Shown here in pieces: positions 60,101 to 64,000 of a DNA stretch of 64,000 bases. Numbering within the stretch: position 1 is the stretch's first letter; each line of letters starts with the position of its first letter. The notes under the pieces are model-generated. The model searched no databases. It had not been told where the DNA came from and was given only the letters and a program-made list of their open reading frames with translations. Position numbers and translations under genes: made by a program. Source of the DNA: Macrostomum lignano (Eukaryota); NCBI GenBank assembly GCA_002269645.1, contig NIVC01000728.1:250422-314421 (forward strand), read 5' to 3'.

Positions 60101-60668
60101 CCCACCAGCTACAGCCCTAAGAGTGACCAATCTGGTTGGCGGAGTAGATCTGAGACTGGATGGTGGCAGGGGCGCTCAGCTGCCTCTACGGGAACTGGCT
60201 CTCAGCATGGCTCATGTGATCTACCGGCCCGTCTGGCCCCGGGTGCTCATCAAGCGGATGCGAAGTCCCAGAGTGACTCTGCTACTCTACCCTACTGGGC
60301 AACTGAGCATCTGCGGTGCCAAGACCCACGCAGACGCCAAAAGGGCTGCCCGTCGCTTCGTGGCTATGCTGCATCGGAGAGTGCCGGCTCAACTGCTGCC
60401 TCATCAAACAATTTGTGTTCGAATTAAAACTATTACTGCTCATGGACAGCTCCCAGTTCATTCCGCACTTTCCTTATTAATGTTAAAATCAATTATCCCA
60501 AACGCCGAATATGAACCAGAATCCTTTTCTGCTTTAATTTTCAATTTAAACTTTTGTAAATGTCTGCTTTTTCACAGCGGCTCTTTTGTTCTCAGTAGAG
60601 CTCGGTCCTTGAATCAGTTGCATACCGATAGCATGCGTCTACTCAATGTAGTTCTTTCCATTGAATAA
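60096..60668 (+). CDS. Divergent TATA-binding-protein (TBP)-like protein, two-repeat core, intronless
   Basis: Repeat 1 LRVTNLVGGVDL...LRELAL...YRP...RMRSPRVTLLLYPTGQLSICGAKTHADAKRAARRF; repeat 2 RIKTITA...YEPESFSALIF...LLFHSGSFVLSRAR. Compare TBP LQNIVSTVNL...[46 protein letters not shown] and YEPELFPGLIY...LLIFVSGKVVLTGAK. AATAAA overlaps the stop. Confidence 0.9.
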   Translation: MSPPATALRVTNLVGGVDLRLDGGRGAQLPLRELALSMAHVIYRPVWPRVLIKRMRSPRVTLLLYPTGQLSICGAKTHADAKRAARRFVAMLHRRVPAQLLPHQTICVRIKTITAHGQLPVHSALSLLMLKSIIPNAEYEPESFSALIFNLNFCKCLLFHSGSFVLSRARSLNQLHTDSMRLLNVVLSIE

Positions 60669-61249
60669 AAATAAAAGTCAAGTCAAGCAATTTGCCGCAA
60701 ATATTTCAATGATTAGTGAAAAGTGAATAAAAGGATAAACTTAGTATTCTTTACATTCATTTTCCCAGGCAGACAGCTATGGAACACTTCAAAAACGTAT
60801 TTAGCCCATCACCAAAAGTATCGCAAAACGCATATCAAATCCGAAAGTAAACAATACTACCATCGTTATAACAAACGATGTGCACCGAGAGAAGAGAAAT
60901 AGAAAAGTGATAGAGAAAATATGATTAAAACGCTGATTGAATTTACAGGAACAATTTATGTCAGATAAAAACCAAAAACACATTTTAAACAAGTAGTACA
61001 CAAAGCAAACAAAAATGAATTAATATTGTATGAGCGCACTTGCCACAGCTTTATAAAAAGTAAAACTTAAATTGATATCAATATTTCACGCCGCAAAAAC
61101 AAATTGACAGCTAAATCTAGCGCAATTAGCCAAGCATACAAATTTGTAAAAGTTACTACATGCAAGTCACTACATTTAAAACAGAATTTGGCAATTTAAA
61201 CAACTCTAAAAGCAAGAAAAAGTACTAAACAGTCTGTTAAACACCCGCA

Positions 61250-64000
61250 CTAGACCAGTCGGATGCGCTTCAGCTGATCGTGGGATGCGGGCGTCAGCGC
61301 ATAGTGTCCGTAGGGCAGGCTTCGATTACTGCTAAGCCACACTCGCTTATCCTCCCACACCGATAGGCTTCTTTTCTCCATGACCGACGTGAAGATTTCG
61401 TGTTTCTTGGAAACAATCGCTGTCATGGCAACCATCTGCTCTTGCTTGGACTCGAACGCGTCGACATAGTTCGCATGCGAAATTTGCTGTCTTACTACTG
61501 ACTGCTTCACGCCTTTGGCAGTTTTCTTGATCTTTGCACTCGAATTCTCGGCAGGGAGAAACGAATAAAGTTTTGGACGCAAAAGAATCCACTCCTGGTA
61601 AATTCCACCAGCAGATTCATCTTTAACGCAGCCCAGCTTTCCTTTTAACTCTTCAGAGAAATGCGGATGGTCTCGAGAATAGTTGGATGTGTCAAGTATT
61701 TTTTCCTCTCTAAGCTTCGGGATTACCTCCGATGTTAAATCATGATTCTTGAAAGCTAGAAAAAATGAGTCAGTATCACCTCCGCAAAGCATCATGTCTC
61801 TGGAACCGTCTGAATGACAGAACAGCGGTCGGAGCCTGTCATATAGTAGGCTGTACATGGCCATCTTAGAGAGATCGAGAACTGCCTGGCCAACGAAAAT
61901 TGCCTTGTCAAGCGTGACTTTATCTTTTTTGAGCTGAAAAATGCTCAACGACTCATTGATAATCGAGAATGCGGCACAGTTTGGTCGAGAGGCGCAAGTT
62001 TCTGCTTGAGTCTGGTTAGTGCAAATTCGAACATCGCATCTTTTTCGAACGTTTTCCATAGTTTTTCCAAAGAGAGAATTGTTTTTCAATTTGTAAAAAT
62101 CCTTAGCAAACTCGGAAGTTGCCAAAGCTCTTTTTTCATTGTTGCTGGCAATGTACGGCGCGAAAATATTTTCCTGCTTGAACGAAATCATTTTTTTGAC
62201 GCACTTGATCCGCATTCCGTGTTGCAGGTAAAATCTTAAAACGGTGCTGTGAACTACGTAAGAATCCTTGTCGGTACAGGTGAGTAGAAGCTTCTCCGTT
62301 GCTTGAAACTTAGCTTCAGCATTGCCAGTTCGCTGTTCAGCAATCTCTTTCCATAGTTCGGCCATGTACGGCGAGAATTGATCTGGCTGTGGTTTTGATT
62401 TTTCAGGTGCAAACGGTAACTCCTGAGTCGAATCGTGAATCTCAGCTGGGTATTCTAGATCGAGTTGAACAAGGTAGGCGATCTCGGCTTCTGGATTGAG
62501 TGACAGAAACCGATTGGAGTCCCAGAACTGGATTTCCTGTTCCGGTACCCACCTGAATTCCCTGCATGGAAGCGGAAGCGACAGGGCAAAGCCATACAAG
62601 TTGTTCATATCGATCGGCATGAGGCTTACACTCTCTTGCTGATCATCATAACCTGGCAAGCTAGGATTATTACCTTTGACGCAATGCACATTAATGAAGG
62701 ACATGCCTCCTCGTATTCCCTTCTCAAACAGATGATACATGTCAGCATCAGTCAGCTGCTCTAGAACCACTCCAGTCGACTTTAGAGCTGAGTCGTAAGA
62801 CAAACCAGGAGTAGTAAAGTAGTGTACCGGATCCAATCCGTCCTCTTTCAGACTGGCCTGTCGGAATGTCTCGAAAATGTCAGCCAGCTGCCTTACATCC
62901 ATTTCAAGATAGGCGAGCATATAATCCTTCAAACTTTTGCATTGAAATGCCGCCCATGCCGCTCTTGCTCTATTGTAGTCGTCGTCGGAAATTCCCCTAT
63001 CGGAAAGTCGATTAAAAAAAGCATCTTTAGGCGGCAAAACCGACTGCTCGAGAATCTCAAATCCTGTGAGGTAATCATATGGGAAATCCTTTTTTTCGAA
63101 GTAGCTCTCTTGAAAGATGTGGTCTTGACTCAAGCATTTGCATTGTCAGCTTGCATTCAGCTTCGGGAAGATTAGCAAACAAATTGGACAAACTTCCCTT
63201 CAAAAAGCAGAGCGAGTCGATGAACTGAATTGTAAACATGATTGGCACAACTTTTCCGTTCTTTACGTAACTTGCAACAGGGAATTCCGCCCTTAGTGAC
63301 AAGTATCGCTCGGATGATTGCGGAACAACACTAAGTTTCCAATTTTTCATGCTCCCAAGCGCAGTGGAAAGTAGAAGATGAAGGTCGTAGCGCCTAAGTT
63401 GTGAAAAACCAGGGGCAGAAACCGGCGTCGGAGCTGTGCTCGCAGGTTGCATTTTGACATGCTGCACCTTTGTACTGTCCATTTAAATGATCGTGGTCAA
63501 AATGTTTATCTGTAGAACTTTTAAAGTTCTTCTTGCAGTAGTGACATACCTCAGCAGAATTGAAATCATCCATGACGGTCGCGGATGATCGGTCAGCCGG
63601 CTGGTGGCTATGCTTCTGGTTCCAGTGAAATATATCCTGAGCCAGGCTTTCAAGAGATTTGAGAAAACCAAGGATACACTCATCAGGGTCCGCATTGCAA
63701 AAGACCTTGTACATGTCTCCTTCTGGCCTAAGCGGAGGTCCTGTCATGCCTTCACGAGGCACTGCAAGAAAAGCTGCTGCACATGGTTCATGCTTTGAGA
63801 TCAGGTTAGCAGGGTCTGTGTTCGCTCGCAAAATGGCTTCCAGGTCGGCATAGGCAACGAATGGTGGACTGACAGTGTTTTGACAGTTTCGGAACTTTAT
63901 TTCATTCTGTCCTGGAACTGGAAGCGTTTCTTTGACAGGATTTTTCTGCAGTAATGCTGCATTCGTTCTGTGCTCTTGAAGCCTCTCGTTGTATAAAATG
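61250..64000 (-). CDS. polB: Protein-primed family B DNA polymerase (5' end outside window; frameshifts at ~63452-63455, ~63395, ~63081-63086)
   Basis: AYADLEAIL (exonuclease), His-Me finger CHYC...DHDHLNGQYKGAACQ, HNL.RYD, QFIDSL.FL, PYDY, DMNNLYG (motif A), YKLKNNSLFGKTMEN (motif B), GGDTDS (motif C), LRPKLYS, KGVK. Confidence 0.95.

Larger units (their letters stand above)
51638..64000. mobile_element. Polinton/Maverick (adintovirus-like) element, left part; extends beyond the window
   Basis: Terminal AGTAGT, subterminal tandem repeats, and a full gene set: integrase, minor capsid, core protein, major capsid, adenain protease, ATPase, pPolB. Confidence 0.96.

Noticed and set aside
53748-63133. 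Alternative genetic code (TGA=Trp) for the Polinton
   Set aside because: Only one TGA aligns with a Trp; Trp is otherwise TGG and several genes end normally in TGA; the other breaks are frameshifts.

Overview
Eukaryotic (animal) genomic DNA, very rich in minisatellites and microsatellites. The style (GC-rich exons with polyQ tracts, dense unrelated tandem arrays) suggests a lophotrochozoan such as the flatworm Macrostomum, but this is inference only. Host genes: a 3-exon CCDC24-like gene, an intronless FAM78-family gene, an intronless class A GPCR, a 2-exon SoxB1 gene, and a 4-exon gene for a secreted PAN/Apple + ALK/LTK-type glycine-rich protein. Mobile DNA: (i) a 200-bp hAT-type MITE with an 8-bp TSD; (ii) a Penelope-like (Neptune-type) retroelement on the minus strand, with RT, a GIY-YIG endonuclease, a minimal hammerhead ribozyme, a long flanking direct repeat, and a 5'-truncated upstream SGNH-like ORF that ends on an A-AAA-AAC slippery site followed by a GC hairpin (candidate -1 frameshift); (iii) the left 12.4 kb of a Polinton/Maverick (adintovirus-like) element starting at AGTAGT (51638). 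The Polinton carries integrase, minor and major capsid proteins, adenain protease, packaging ATPase and pPolB, plus two homologues of Pol II transcription-machinery proteins: a tandem PC4/Sub1-like protein and a divergent two-repeat TATA-binding protein. The TBP/PC4-carrying Polinton and the SGNH/frameshift Penelope element are the best candidates for undescribed systems. Many TE ORFs are broken by 1-nt indels in homopolymers, which may be long-read assembly errors. All identifications are from motif recognition by eye; no searches were run.
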